Of a stretch of 64,000 bases of DNA, positions 40,295 through 49,650 are shown in pieces. The notes under the pieces were generated by a model. The model made no database searches. It saw only the letters and a program-made list of their open reading frames with translations, and had not been told where the DNA came from. Source of the DNA: an uncultured bacterium (GTDB lineage: Bacteria; JAJVIF01; JAPKYR01); contig CBDURU010000002.1 of assembly GCA_965369865.1 (NCBI GenBank), positions 1 through 64,000 of the forward strand, read 5' to 3'. The stretch's first letter is position 1, and every line of letters starts with the position of its first letter. The position numbers and the translations under genes were made by a program.

Positions 40295-40371
40295 TTTGCG
40301 ACCACCTCAAGTTTTATTATTAATTCAACCCATAGGATGATGAGTTCCAATCGTACTAACGAATCTATAAT

Positions 40372-40434
40372 TTAACAGATCTTCAGGACAGAATTTAGTA
40401 TATCTTCTAGGTATGCCTTAAATTGCCGGGGCAT
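40372..40434 (-). pseudogene. Truncated DUF86/HepT HEPN toxin (20 codons)
   Basis: MPRQFKAYLEDILNSVLKIC-stop, with the ATG overlapping the end of the MNT gene; resembles the DUF86 N-terminal consensus (M.R....YL.DIL.....I). Confidence 0.7.
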
Positions 40435-40714
40435 ACTTCACCTCATTCATGATTGAATCACGGAGACTTGGCTTGATCGTATCGGGCAGAACCAGATCAA
40501 CTTTCCTGCCGACCAGATCCTCAAGGAAAAATTTCAATCCCATGTACGCCCTGAATGTTTCATTCTCAAGCTCAACAAGGAAATCGATATCACTGTCAGG
40601 AGAAGCATCGCCACGGGCAATCGATCCGAAAATCCCGAGCTTCCGCACACCAAACTTCTTTATCTCAAGCTGGTGCTTCTCAATGAGGTTAAATATTTCT
40701 TCAAGCATGGTCAT
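40418..40714 (-). CDS. Minimal nucleotidyltransferase (MntA-type antitoxin)
   Basis: FGSIARGDASPDSDID (GS-x10-DxD), LEDLVGRKVDLV. Confidence 0.92.
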   Translation of the reverse strand: MTMLEEIFNLIEKHQLEIKKFGVRKLGIFGSIARGDASPDSDIDFLVELENETFRAYMGLKFFLEDLVGRKVDLVLPDTIKPSLRDSIMNEVKYAPAI

Positions 40715-40868
40715 TGCGATTAATGATTATACACTGAGATTTCACTTAACGTCAGCCCTAATCCCTATTCTCCTCTGCACTTTCGCTTGAGGTGACAAAA
40801 TGGCACCTCAAGATTTCCCATTCTTCCTCAATATAACAAATCCTTTTCCGGAAAGAATTCCACTCCTT

Positions 40869-42260
40869 TTATGGATACATGCTGCCTATTGTTCTCGGGA
40901 ATGGGATGCACTCACGGACTGAATGTACTCCCGCGAGCCAGGCGACAGTCCTCTCCACTCCAAGTCCGAATCCGCCGTGCGGGTTGGTGCCGTATTTCCG
41001 TAAATCGAGATACCACTTGAACGCTTCCATCGGGAGTTCGTGCTTTTTGATCTGCGCGACAAGAAAATCATGGTCCTCCGCACGCTGCCCGGCGCCGATG
41101 ATCTCCCCGTACCCTTCAGGCGCGAGCATGTCGACCGACATGGTCGTGCGCTCGTCATCCGGATCGGGCTTCATGTAGAACGCTTTGATGTCGCGCGGGA
41201 AATGGTGGACAAAAATCGGACGGTCGTACGGCATCGTCAGTAACGTTTCATCCGGCGCGCCAAACTCCCCACCCCATTCAAATTCGGTACCGAGATCTTC
41301 AATTTCGCGCTTTATCTCAGCCTGGCGGGTCTCATCGCCGGTGGTTTTCAATTCACCCTCAAGCTCAGCAATACGTTTCGGCTTGAGTTCATTAAGTTTT
41401 ATCACCGCATCGTCATAGTGCATTCGTATGAACGGTACTTTTACATTTTCAAGGAATGAAACATCACGCCCGACAATCTCAAGCTCTGGCCGGCATTTTC
41501 GGAGAACCCACTCGATGATGTACATGGTCATCCGTTCCATGAGTTCCATGTTGTCCTCAAGGCTGAACCATGCGATCTCAGGTTCGATATGCCAGAATTC
41601 GGTGAGGTGGCGACGGGTTTTCGATTTTTCCGCACGGAAGGACGGCCCGAACACTACGATTTTCCGGTGCGACATAGCGCCGACTTCGCCATAGAGTTGC
41701 CCGGATTGCGACAGGTAAGCGATATCATCGAAATACGGCACCTCGAAAAGGTCGGATGTCCCCTCGCAAGCGTTCGGTGTGAAAATCGGAGCGTCGAACG
41801 TGATATATCCGTCCTCGTAGAAAAATGTTCGTATCGCGTGGATGACTTCGGACCGAATTCGCATCAATGCCCACGGGCGCTTGGATCGCAGCCACAAATG
41901 CCGGTGCTGGAAAAGGAATCCGGTCCCGTGATCTTTCGGCGTGATCGGGTATTCACTCGCGATCTGTACGATTTCCACACCACCGGATGTCACATGGAGC
42001 TCATACTCGTCCTTCTTCGGATGTTTCGCGACTTTGCCTGAGATCCGTAGCGAAGATTCCTGTGTGAGCGATCCGGCTTTCTCCCAGGTGTCTTCGTCAA
42101 CATCGTTGATCCCGACAATGGCCTGGATGATGCCCATTCCGTCGCGGATTTCAAGGAACTTGAGTTTCTTGCTTTCGCGTTTATTGTAGAGCCAGCCCGT
42201 GAGAGTGACTTCCCGGTCAACAAACTGTGAAATCTTGTCGATTGTTGTTTCGGTCGGCAT
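40869..42260 (-). CDS. asnS: Asparagine--tRNA ligase
   Basis: HRHLWLRS, YLSQSGQLY, FRAEKSKTRRHLTEFW, YLDLRKYG..PHGGFGLGVER. Confidence 0.95.
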   Translation of the reverse strand: MPTETTIDKISQFVDREVTLTGWLYNKRESKKLKFLEIRDGMGIIQAIVGINDVDEDTWEKAGSLTQESSLRISGKVAKHPKKDEYELHVTSGGVEIVQIASEYPITPKDHGTGFLFQHRHLWLRSKRPWALMRIRSEVIHAIRTFFYEDGYITFDAPIFTPNACEGTSDLFEVPYFDDIAYLSQSGQLYGEVGAMSHRKIVVFGPSFRAEKSKTRRHLTEFWHIEPEIAWFSLEDNMELMERMTMYIIEWVLRKCRPELEIVGRDVSFLENVKVPFIRMHYDDAVIKLNELKPKRIAELEGELKTTGDETRQAEIKREIEDLGTEFEWGGEFGAPDETLLTMPYDRPIFVHHFPRDIKAFYMKPDPDDERTTMSVDMLAPEGYGEIIGAGQRAEDHDFLVAQIKKHELPMEAFKWYLDLRKYGTNPHGGFGLGVERTVAWLAGVHSVRECIPFPRTIGSMYP

Positions 42261-42340
42261 TGTTATGAACCTCGATTAAAACGGTACTGGGAATATATCA
42301 GAGGGGGGGGGTATGGGCAAGTGTGTGGGAGAGCCAGGGA

Positions 42341-42802
42341 TTAGTTTAATTCATCGTGCACAAGGTGTGGATGCTTCTCCTTTAACCATGCAATGACAAT
42401 CTTCTCTAACTCAATTACTATTTCAGCCAATTCCTCGACTTCTATATCACTCACCACTGTTGGTTCCCAATCATACCTGAGATTATGTCTTGTCTTTCTG
42501 AAACTATCAAGTACATTTGCGAGCTGCTCAACACCGGTGCCTAAAAAATGACGGAATCCTGTCACTGCTGCTTCATGATGCCCCCCAGCCTGAGTCACCC
42601 AGCCTTCAGCACGCAATACTAATTCGCACCACATCATCGCAGCATCATAAAAACCTTTGAACTGACCATATACAGTCTGGCCGGACACACTTGCGTCTTT
42701 AGCGGAAATCAGTGTGCCCTGAATGCGGTTTGATATTTCCCGCCTTGTCGGGTCTACCCGCCTGACAGAATTGTCAACCAGTAATTCGTTCCAATCTCTC
42801 AT
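42341..42802 (-). CDS. HEPN-domain protein (putative toxin)
   Basis: YDAAM..CELVLRAEGW, GGHH, LDSFRKTRHNLRYD; overlaps the upstream MNT gene. Confidence 0.75.
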   Translation of the reverse strand: MRDWNELLVDNSVRRVDPTRREISNRIQGTLISAKDASVSGQTVYGQFKGFYDAAMMWCELVLRAEGWVTQAGGHHEAAVTGFRHFLGTGVEQLANVLDSFRKTRHNLRYDWEPTVVSDIEVEELAEIVIELEKIVIAWLKEKHPHLVHDELN

Positions 42803-43466
42803 TATCACCAACTAAAAAAACTTTTTGTGTTGACATTAACGAACGTACAAAATGATCATTGTTTTCGTACTTTTCCTTCCAAATCCCAGGAGTATAGACT
42901 TTATAATCTATCTGCCGGTTAATCCTCTTCTCAAGATCGGAAATTTCCTTGCTTAATGACCGTTTTGATTGATGACCAATGAAAACAATGTCTATGTCGC
43001 TCTCAGATCTTTGAGTCGAGGTGGCAAAAGACCCATAGACAAAAACACAATCTATGCTAATTAGCTTATTCATCTCTTCTTTGAGAATTCCAAGGCTACC
43101 GATGGCATGTTCAAATATCATTCTCAGACCAGGGATCCAGGGATGTGTCTGCTTCAGCCGGTATGGATAACGCAAAGATTTTTTTAAATCATTTGAGATA
43201 TGAGGTTCAAGTAACCCCATTATCCAGAGTTTAGTCATTTGTTTATGTAGAGCACTTTGACTACAACCAGTAAGTCGCTCAAGGTCACGGGAACCTAACC
43301 ATTCCTTAGGGCGTTTGATGTACTCCCAAAGAAGTTTAACACGCACTGAAGACCCAAATAACACAAACAGCTCCTTTTTGCCAGGGTCTCCTGCAGGCTT
43401 AACTTCGTCATTTGAATTTTCCAAATTACGATTATTTGACCTCATTATACGATCATTATAAGCCAT
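42774..43466 (-). CDS. wHTH + nucleotidyltransferase protein (putative antitoxin)
   Basis: LFGSSVRVKLL..., YGSFATSTQRSESDID (GS-x10-DxD), LEKRINRQI; start 43466 or 43445. Confidence 0.85.
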   Translation of the reverse strand: MAYNDRIMRSNNRNLENSNDEVKPAGDPGKKELFVLFGSSVRVKLLWEYIKRPKEWLGSRDLERLTGCSQSALHKQMTKLWIMGLLEPHISNDLKKSLRYPYRLKQTHPWIPGLRMIFEHAIGSLGILKEEMNKLISIDCVFVYGSFATSTQRSESDIDIVFIGHQSKRSLSKEISDLEKRINRQIDYKVYTPGIWKEKYENNDHFVRSLMSTQKVFLVGDNERLERITG

Positions 43467-43494
43467 TTCGCGATCATTGTCAATCTGTGGAACG

Positions 43495-43977
43495 CTAATC
43501 CCTTTCCCTTAATGCCCTTTCCTTTTCCCTGTCCGATTCCTTCTTCGCGATTACCTCACGCTTCTCGTACTCCCTCCTACCCTTGCAGATTCCTATTTCA
43601 ACTTTCACCAGGTGCTTTTTGAAATACACCCTCAGGGGGATCAGTGTCATCCCCCTTTCATCGGTGGCCTTTTTCATCTTGCGAATTTCGCGCTTGTTGA
43701 GGAGAAGATGCCTTGGACGCCTTGGCGGTAGCGGCTCGATTGTCGCGAATTTGTAATGCGCGATATGCATGTCGAACAGGATAACCTGCCCATCTTTCAC
43801 ACGGGCGTATGAATCGCGCAGGTTCAGGCCTCCGGCACGGATGCTTTTCACTTCCTGTCCGGCAAGGGAAATGCCCGCCTCGAAACGGTCAAGCACATTG
43901 TAATTCCGCAATGCTTTCCGATTAGTGAATGTTGGAAGCCCGGAACTTTTTTCGACTTTTTTATCTTTCTTAGCCAC
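43495..43977 (-). CDS. smpB: SsrA-binding protein
   Basis: NRKA..NY, EAGISLAGQEVKSIR, LLLNKREI, TLIPL, KGRREYEKR. Confidence 0.96.
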   Translation of the reverse strand: MAKKDKKVEKSSGLPTFTNRKALRNYNVLDRFEAGISLAGQEVKSIRAGGLNLRDSYARVKDGQVILFDMHIAHYKFATIEPLPPRRPRHLLLNKREIRKMKKATDERGMTLIPLRVYFKKHLVKVEIGICKGRREYEKREVIAKKESDREKERALRERD

Positions 43978-44084
43978 GATATATCAACCCGATATAATTT
44001 CGGCAATTCGGCAACCCAGTATAGCAATCCTGCCCGAATTCTGCATCGGAACCCCCCTCGCTCTGGTATACTTCGACAACGAAA

Positions 44085-45476
44085 ATGTATACGAAAGTTG
44101 ATAAAACTCATCTTGATAAGCTGCGTTCGATTGTGGGTAATGAATACGTATTAACAGAACCGGAATTCCTGGAACTTGCGTCATCGGATGAAACCGAGGA
44201 CCTATGTTACCCCCCGGAGGTCGTTGTCCGCCCAAGAAAAGCACAGGAGATCGGCGAAATTATGAAACTCGCGAGCGAGGAGAAAATTCCCGTTACCCCC
44301 AGGGGTGGAGGTACAGGACTGTCCGGCGGGTGTCTTCCAGTGCGCGGCGGCATAGTAATTTACATGGACAGATTCCAGGAAATTCCTGAGATCGATGAGG
44401 AGAATCTTTTCGCGACAGTCGAAGCCGGGGTAATTACCGAAACATTCCAGGACGAGGTTGAAAAAGTCGGACTTTTTTACCCGGTCGATCCGGCAAGCAG
44501 GGGAACATGCTTTATCGGCGGTAATATCGCGGAAAATGCAGGTGGACCGAGAGCTGTCAAATACGGGGTTACAAAGGACTGGGTGTATGGCCTTGAGGTG
44601 GTTCTCCCAACCGGGGAAATCATCAATCCCGGCGGGAAACTACTGAAAAACGTGTCCGGATACAATCTCACCCAGCTTTTTATCGGGAGTGAAGGGACAC
44701 TCGGGATTGTCACAAAGGCAACAGTCAAATTAATCGCGAAACCGAAATTCACCGCGGTGCTTCTGGCTGCATTCGACGATCCTTTCAAGGCATGCAAGGC
44801 TGTCCCGGCACTGTTTCATGCGGGGATCGTTCCTTCTGCATGCGAATTTATGGAAGGCGATGTCATGCGGATGGCTGCTGAGCATCTCGAAAAAAATATC
44901 CCCAACTCCGATGCCGCCGCGCAGTTGATGATCGAAATCGACGGCAATGATGAGGCGCGACTGTACGAGGAGATCGAAAAAGCCGGGACGATCTGTGATG
45001 AGGGCGGTGCTATAGATGTCATCCTTGCCGAGTCGGGCCGGAGGGTGAACGAAATCTGGGACGTTCGGAGAGCCGCGGGAGAGGCTGTAAAGGCGCATTC
45101 TGTGTATAAGGAAGAAGATACTGTCGTGCCGCGCGCCAAACTCCCCGATCTGTACGTGGGCGTGAAAGAAATTTGTGAAAGGCACGGGGTTATGAGCGCA
45201 TGTTACGGCCATGCCGGCGATGGTAATCTCCATGTTAATTTGCTGAAAGATACGATGTCGGATGAAGACTGGAACAATAAACTCCCGGATACGATAACTG
45301 AGATTTTTAGATTCTGTATTTCGCTTGGAGGAACAATTTCCGGTGAGCATGGGATCGGATATACGCAGAAATCATATTTACCAATGGCACTTTCAGAGAT
45401 CGAGCTGAATCTGATGCGTGAAATCAAGAAGGTTCTGGATCCTGATGGAATCCTGAATCCGGGGAAGATTTTTTGA
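44085..45476 (+). CDS. FAD-linked oxidase, GlcD/D-lactate dehydrogenase family
   Basis: PRGGGTGLSGG, GGNIAENAGGPRAVKYG, GSEGTLG, GHAGDGNLH, GEHGIG, LNPGKIF. Confidence 0.92.
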   Translation: MYTKVDKTHLDKLRSIVGNEYVLTEPEFLELASSDETEDLCYPPEVVVRPRKAQEIGEIMKLASEEKIPVTPRGGGTGLSGGCLPVRGGIVIYMDRFQEIPEIDEENLFATVEAGVITETFQDEVEKVGLFYPVDPASRGTCFIGGNIAENAGGPRAVKYGVTKDWVYGLEVVLPTGEIINPGGKLLKNVSGYNLTQLFIGSEGTLGIVTKATVKLIAKPKFTAVLLAAFDDPFKACKAVPALFHAGIVPSACEFMEGDVMRMAAEHLEKNIPNSDAAAQLMIEIDGNDEARLYEEIEKAGTICDEGGAIDVILAESGRRVNEIWDVRRAAGEAVKAHSVYKEEDTVVPRAKLPDLYVGVKEICERHGVMSACYGHAGDGNLHVNLLKDTMSDEDWNNKLPDTITEIFRFCISLGGTISGEHGIGYTQKSYLPMALSEIELNLMREIKKVLDPDGILNPGKIF

Positions 45477-45520
45477 TGGAGGCGTGCCACCGGAATTGGT
45501 CGATACGAAAAAACGACAAG

Positions 45521-45608
45521 CCGTAGAACAGCACGGCAGTGCGTCTTCCACATTAAAACAATCCATTCGACGCACTGCCGGTCGACGCACTGCCGTGCTG
45601 TTCTACGG
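45521..45608. repeat. Inverted pair of CCGTAGAAC-type REP with a partial internal duplication
   Basis: 45521-45545 is the exact reverse complement of 45584-45608; extra gacgcactgccg at 45569. Confidence 0.88.
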
Positions 45609-45864
45609 TTTTTTCATTTCTCATTTTAATCATCGATCATCCTGAAATCTATTAATCAATCCGCAGGGGCTAAAAATGGTTAATACCTAGTAGGAGTTAA
45701 AAGCAACCAGAGCGGTCCGGCATCTAAAAATAGCGGGCGAATATGAACCTGACCGGTTCTGCTGTATCTATAATAGGGATTTATTTCAACCCAGCCTGGA
45801 AACATTATTCGGTCATCGGTTGATATTTATTGACGATATATTTAGAATACGCCTTTGGTATTTT

Positions 45865-48111
45865 ATGGTTGAGCGACATTCCAATAAATCATTAAAATTA
45901 GCCCGTGCTCCCGGCGGCGATATCCATCATCCCGGACACGCCCAGTTTCATATCCTGAGACTCCTTACAGGCAGCATTATCGGTGGTTGGACGCTTGTCC
46001 TGGTTTTCCTCGCACTCGGGTTCATGGGAAACATAGAATTTACCGAGAGTATGGACCTCGCAATAAACTGGGTGCTGTATGGCGGGACAATTCTGGGTAT
46101 TATCCTCGGGCTTATATTTTCGATCGTGGCCGCACTCCTTACCAGGATATTTCCGATCCTGAGGAGAACAACCCATCCGCTGGCGCTGGTGCGTACCGGA
46201 TTCATCCTCCTGATTGTCTGGACGTTTTTCACGTACGGATTCTGGCCGCACAGTAAGCTGGGATATATCATCGGGCCCTTTCTTGCGTTTCTCGCCGGAC
46301 TTGAATGTATCCGGGTTAATCCGCGTGCGGAACTGGTTCCGCATTCGACAATCGGGCGTGTACTGGGTACCGCGATCGGGCCGTTCATTATTGTGTCCAT
46401 GATTCTCCTGGTCATGGTTCCGATGTTCCAGAGAGGATTCGGGAATTCAAATTCGCCGAAATTAATTATTGTCGCAGTGGATGGAATAGACGGAACCCTT
46501 ACAGAGGAGTTCCTGGGATCAAACGAAAAAGAACGTTATCCAAACCTGGTTGAAATGAAAGAAAATGGGGGAATCGGATCGTTGGCGGCAACATCGCCGA
46601 TCATTTCTGACAGGGCATGGGCCGACCTTATGACCGGGCAGGATTGGGACGGCCACGGAATACTGGATCGCCACAGTACATCCGACGACCTTACCGCTTT
46701 AACCATGTGGGACATTCTCGCGATGAACGGTTACAGGATCGGGTTGTTCCAGATGCTCCCTCCGCACGAGACCAGTCCTGATTTCGAGTTCGATATCCCC
46801 GCATCGGGAACAGCCGAGGAAAAGGACTCGTTAAGTTCTGAAGCGTTGACCGCTGTTAGAATAATAGGGCGGAATCCCGGGCTTGCCGGGGTCGAGGAAA
46901 GCATTCTTGCGGCATGCCAGCTTGCCAGGCTTGGGGTTACGCTTGAGACAATTACCTTAATTGCCGGGGAATACAGCCTTGAGCTCCTTACCGACCAGCA
47001 TTACAGTTTTTCCTATCTTCAAAGAAAGCTCTTAGAATTCCGGGTCGAATCGGATATCGCGATCTCCCGATTGAACAATTACCCTGTCGATGCCGCGTTT
47101 TTGAGATTCACAAGCCTGGAGGATATTTTTCTGACTTACTGGGGATATTCAAAACCGCCGGCATTCGGACCCATCCAGGAAGGAATCGATTCCGCTGTGG
47201 TTGCCGGACTTACTAACGCAATCCCCGATGCTGTCTCCGAGCTGGACAGGCTGGTCGTACGGCTGAAACCGTTTATCGGAGACCAGACAGTCTTTGCGAT
47301 ACTCTCAAATCATGGAGTGCGGTCGACATCCGACATTCGCCGCCAGGAGTATTTTCTTTCACCTGAACGGTTGATCGAGATTCTGGGTCAACCCGGATCG
47401 ATGATCGGCGATGTAAGTTCGAATGGGATAGTCATCAGGATCCCGGGCCTCGATACATCGACTCCTGAATTAACCGAATTTGAAACTTTACTTAACGAGA
47501 CAAAATGGACTCTCGAACCTCCTGATGACCCGAACAATTTTCTCGGTCAACGAGTTTTTTCAGTAACCCGCTATGGCGAAAGCCTTGAGATCAGCCTTCG
47601 CAATTCAGGGGGGATAAATGAAAATGTGTGGATTAAAACCAGCATGCAATCAGCCAATTTTATCGGTCCGATCGATTCGCCGGATCCGGTTTTCGGTTGG
47701 GAGGGGCGGTTATCCGAACTCCTGGCGCCGGGCGAGCAGCCATCGGGACGAATCAACGGGTCGGCGCTCATGATGATCAACGGTCCGCAGTTTAAGGCCG
47801 GTAGTGTGGCGAGCAACCCATTCTTGTTCGATGTAACCGCGACAATTCTTCATGCACTTGGGTTTGGAATTTCATACGATATTCTCGGTCATACCCTGGA
47901 CGAATTATTCAGGCCGCAATGGCTAACAAATCATCCGGTGATTTACGTGGAAAATTACGAACCCGTTGAACCGGAGCCTGTTGAGCTGGATCAGGAATCT
48001 GTTGTAAGTGATGATCTATCGACAGTGACTGAAGACGCGGTGGAGATTTCCGCGGTCGATGATGAGCCTGTAGATATGTCGCTTTTCAGGGAATGGGAAC
48101 GTATCGAGTAG
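45865..48111 (+). CDS. Membrane-anchored alkaline-phosphatase-superfamily (phosphodiesterase/NPP-like) protein
   Basis: Five N-terminal TM helices, IIVAVDGID, YPNL, SPIIS..AW..LMTG...HGI, LSNHG, DVTATIL..LG. Confidence 0.75.
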   Translation: MVERHSNKSLKLARAPGGDIHHPGHAQFHILRLLTGSIIGGWTLVLVFLALGFMGNIEFTESMDLAINWVLYGGTILGIILGLIFSIVAALLTRIFPILRRTTHPLALVRTGFILLIVWTFFTYGFWPHSKLGYIIGPFLAFLAGLECIRVNPRAELVPHSTIGRVLGTAIGPFIIVSMILLVMVPMFQRGFGNSNSPKLIIVAVDGIDGTLTEEFLGSNEKERYPNLVEMKENGGIGSLAATSPIISDRAWADLMTGQDWDGHGILDRHSTSDDLTALTMWDILAMNGYRIGLFQMLPPHETSPDFEFDIPASGTAEEKDSLSSEALTAVRIIGRNPGLAGVEESILAACQLARLGVTLETITLIAGEYSLELLTDQHYSFSYLQRKLLEFRVESDIAISRLNNYPVDAAFLRFTSLEDIFLTYWGYSKPPAFGPIQEGIDSAVVAGLTNAIPDAVSELDRLVVRLKPFIGDQTVFAILSNHGVRSTSDIRRQEYFLSPERLIEILGQPGSMIGDVSSNGIVIRIPGLDTSTPELTEFETLLNETKWTLEPPDDPNNFLGQRVFSVTRYGESLEISLRNSGGINENVWIKTSMQSANFIGPIDSPDPVFGWEGRLSELLAPGEQPSGRINGSALMMINGPQFKAGSVASNPFLFDVTATILHALGFGISYDILGHTLDELFRPQWLTNHPVIYVENYEPVEPEPVELDQESVVSDDLSTVTEDAVEISAVDDEPVDMSLFREWERIE

Positions 48112-48149
48112 TTAGAGTTGGAATCAGGCCATCGTCCATAGAAAATTTG

Positions 48150-48755
48150 TTAAAGCCCAATTATAAAATATATGAAACGCATAATCGGTGCCATTATTTT
48201 CCATAAGATCCCGGTGAACATTAAAATTATCAGGACAAAAAATCCGTAACGTTTAAAATTATTCCAACCCTCAAGCATGTTCTCCGGGAGAAGACCTTCA
48301 ACGATGTGGCTTCCATCCAGTGGAAATACAGGTAGAAGATTAAAAGCAGCCAGCAAAACATTTATCATTAGGAATATTTCAAGCAACCGACCTTGCGGAT
48401 GGGCTATCACTTCCGGAAACAACCTCACCACAAATGCGAATACTGCAGCGAGAATGATGTTACTTACCGGTCCGGCAATTGCGACAATCATGTAGTCGCG
48501 ACGGGGATGCCGCAAGTTGTATAAATTTACCGGAACCGGTTTCATCCATCCGATACCGAACCCTGAAAATGACATAATAACTAAGAAAATCAGGCCTGTG
48601 GGATCGATGTGCGGGAGTGGGTTGACGGTCATCCGTCCGGCACGCGCGGCGGTGTCATCGCCCAGTTTAAATGCCGCGTATGCATGAGCGAACTCATGAA
48701 ACGATCCTGAGATCAAAAAAGCTATTACCCATAATGGAACTTCCTTGAAATCCAT
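48150..48755 (-). CDS. Site-2 protease (peptidase M50)
   Basis: HEFAH, VAIAGPVSN, FNLLPVFPLDG. Confidence 0.93.
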   Translation of the reverse strand: MDFKEVPLWVIAFLISGSFHEFAHAYAAFKLGDDTAARAGRMTVNPLPHIDPTGLIFLVIMSFSGFGIGWMKPVPVNLYNLRHPRRDYMIVAIAGPVSNIILAAVFAFVVRLFPEVIAHPQGRLLEIFLMINVLLAAFNLLPVFPLDGSHIVEGLLPENMLEGWNNFKRYGFFVLIILMFTGILWKIMAPIMRFIYFIIGL

Positions 48756-48773
48756 AAATTCATGCTCCGATAC

Positions 48774-49343
48774 TTACTGCAATAATCCCTCGCGTTTTAA
48801 GAGTTTCGCCAGTTTTTTGAAATCGAGAATGATCGAATCGCGATATTGCGGTCGGTGAAGTGCCGCCGCCGGATGGTACATCGGGAAAAATATTACCCCG
48901 TCCTTGCGCCGTAACGGTTTTCCATGGACGTCCGAAATTTTCAAACCCTTCTTGACCAGCCTTTCAAGCCCGAACCGTCCGAGCGGTACAATAATTTTCG
49001 GTTTTATCAGCGCGACCTGAGCGGCAAGAAATTTACTGCAGTTTTCGAGTTCTTCCGGAAGGGGATCGCGATTGTCGGGGGGACGGCATTTCAGTGTATT
49101 CGCGATAAAAACGATCGATCTCGGAATCCCCGCGTTTGACATCGCGTCGTCCATCAATTTTCCTGCCCGGCCGACAAATGGTACACCAACGCGATCCTCA
49201 TCGGCTACAGGCGCCTCGCCGACAAAAAGCACCTCGGCTTCAGGTGTACCGTCGCCGAACACGGTTTTCGTTCGTGTGTCGGCAAGTTCCTTGCATCGGG
49301 TACATTTGGCAACCTCATCGCGGAGTTCTTCGAAGACACTCAT
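48774..49343 (-). CDS. Uracil-DNA glycosylase, family 4 (Fe-S)
   Basis: CTRC, GEAPV.DED, PFVGRAG, KCRPP.NRDP, YHPAA; the longer ORF start lies inside a repeat. Confidence 0.92.
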   Translation of the reverse strand: MSVFEELRDEVAKCTRCKELADTRTKTVFGDGTPEAEVLFVGEAPVADEDRVGVPFVGRAGKLMDDAMSNAGIPRSIVFIANTLKCRPPDNRDPLPEELENCSKFLAAQVALIKPKIIVPLGRFGLERLVKKGLKISDVHGKPLRRKDGVIFFPMYHPAAALHRPQYRDSIILDFKKLAKLLKREGLLQ

Positions 49344-49372
49344 GCCGGGTATTATAGCAGGGATGTATGTCC

Positions 49373-49498
49373 GGGGACACCAGATTTGGTGTCCCCATAA
49401 AAAACCGGCCAAAACCAGGGACACCAGACTTGGTGTCCCCATATAATACCAGGGACACCAATAGTTACAATACCGGGGACACCAAGTCTGGTGTCCCC
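49373..49498. repeat. Cluster of short GGGGACACCA..TGGTGTCCCC hairpins
   Basis: Copies at 49373-49396, 49418-49440, a half copy at 49452 and an inverted copy at 49475-49498. Confidence 0.9.
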
Positions 49499-49650
49499 TT
49501 AAACCGTATATTTTTCTTGCCGAAACAATTCACCACTTATATAATGATTAAATCTGATTGGCAGGCTCCTGGCTTCGAATTACATTGAAAAGTCGGCATG
49601 TAAATCGTCGAATATCGGTCCAATGAGCCTGACAGGGACCGATTGTATTA

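Noticed and set aside
43467..44084. tmRNA gene next to smpB
   Set aside because: The flanking gaps (28 and 107 bp) are too short and no ssrA ends are visible.
49344..49442. N-terminal extension of UDG in the ORF track
   Set aside because: It lies within the GGGGACACCA repeat cluster; family homology starts at ATG 49343.
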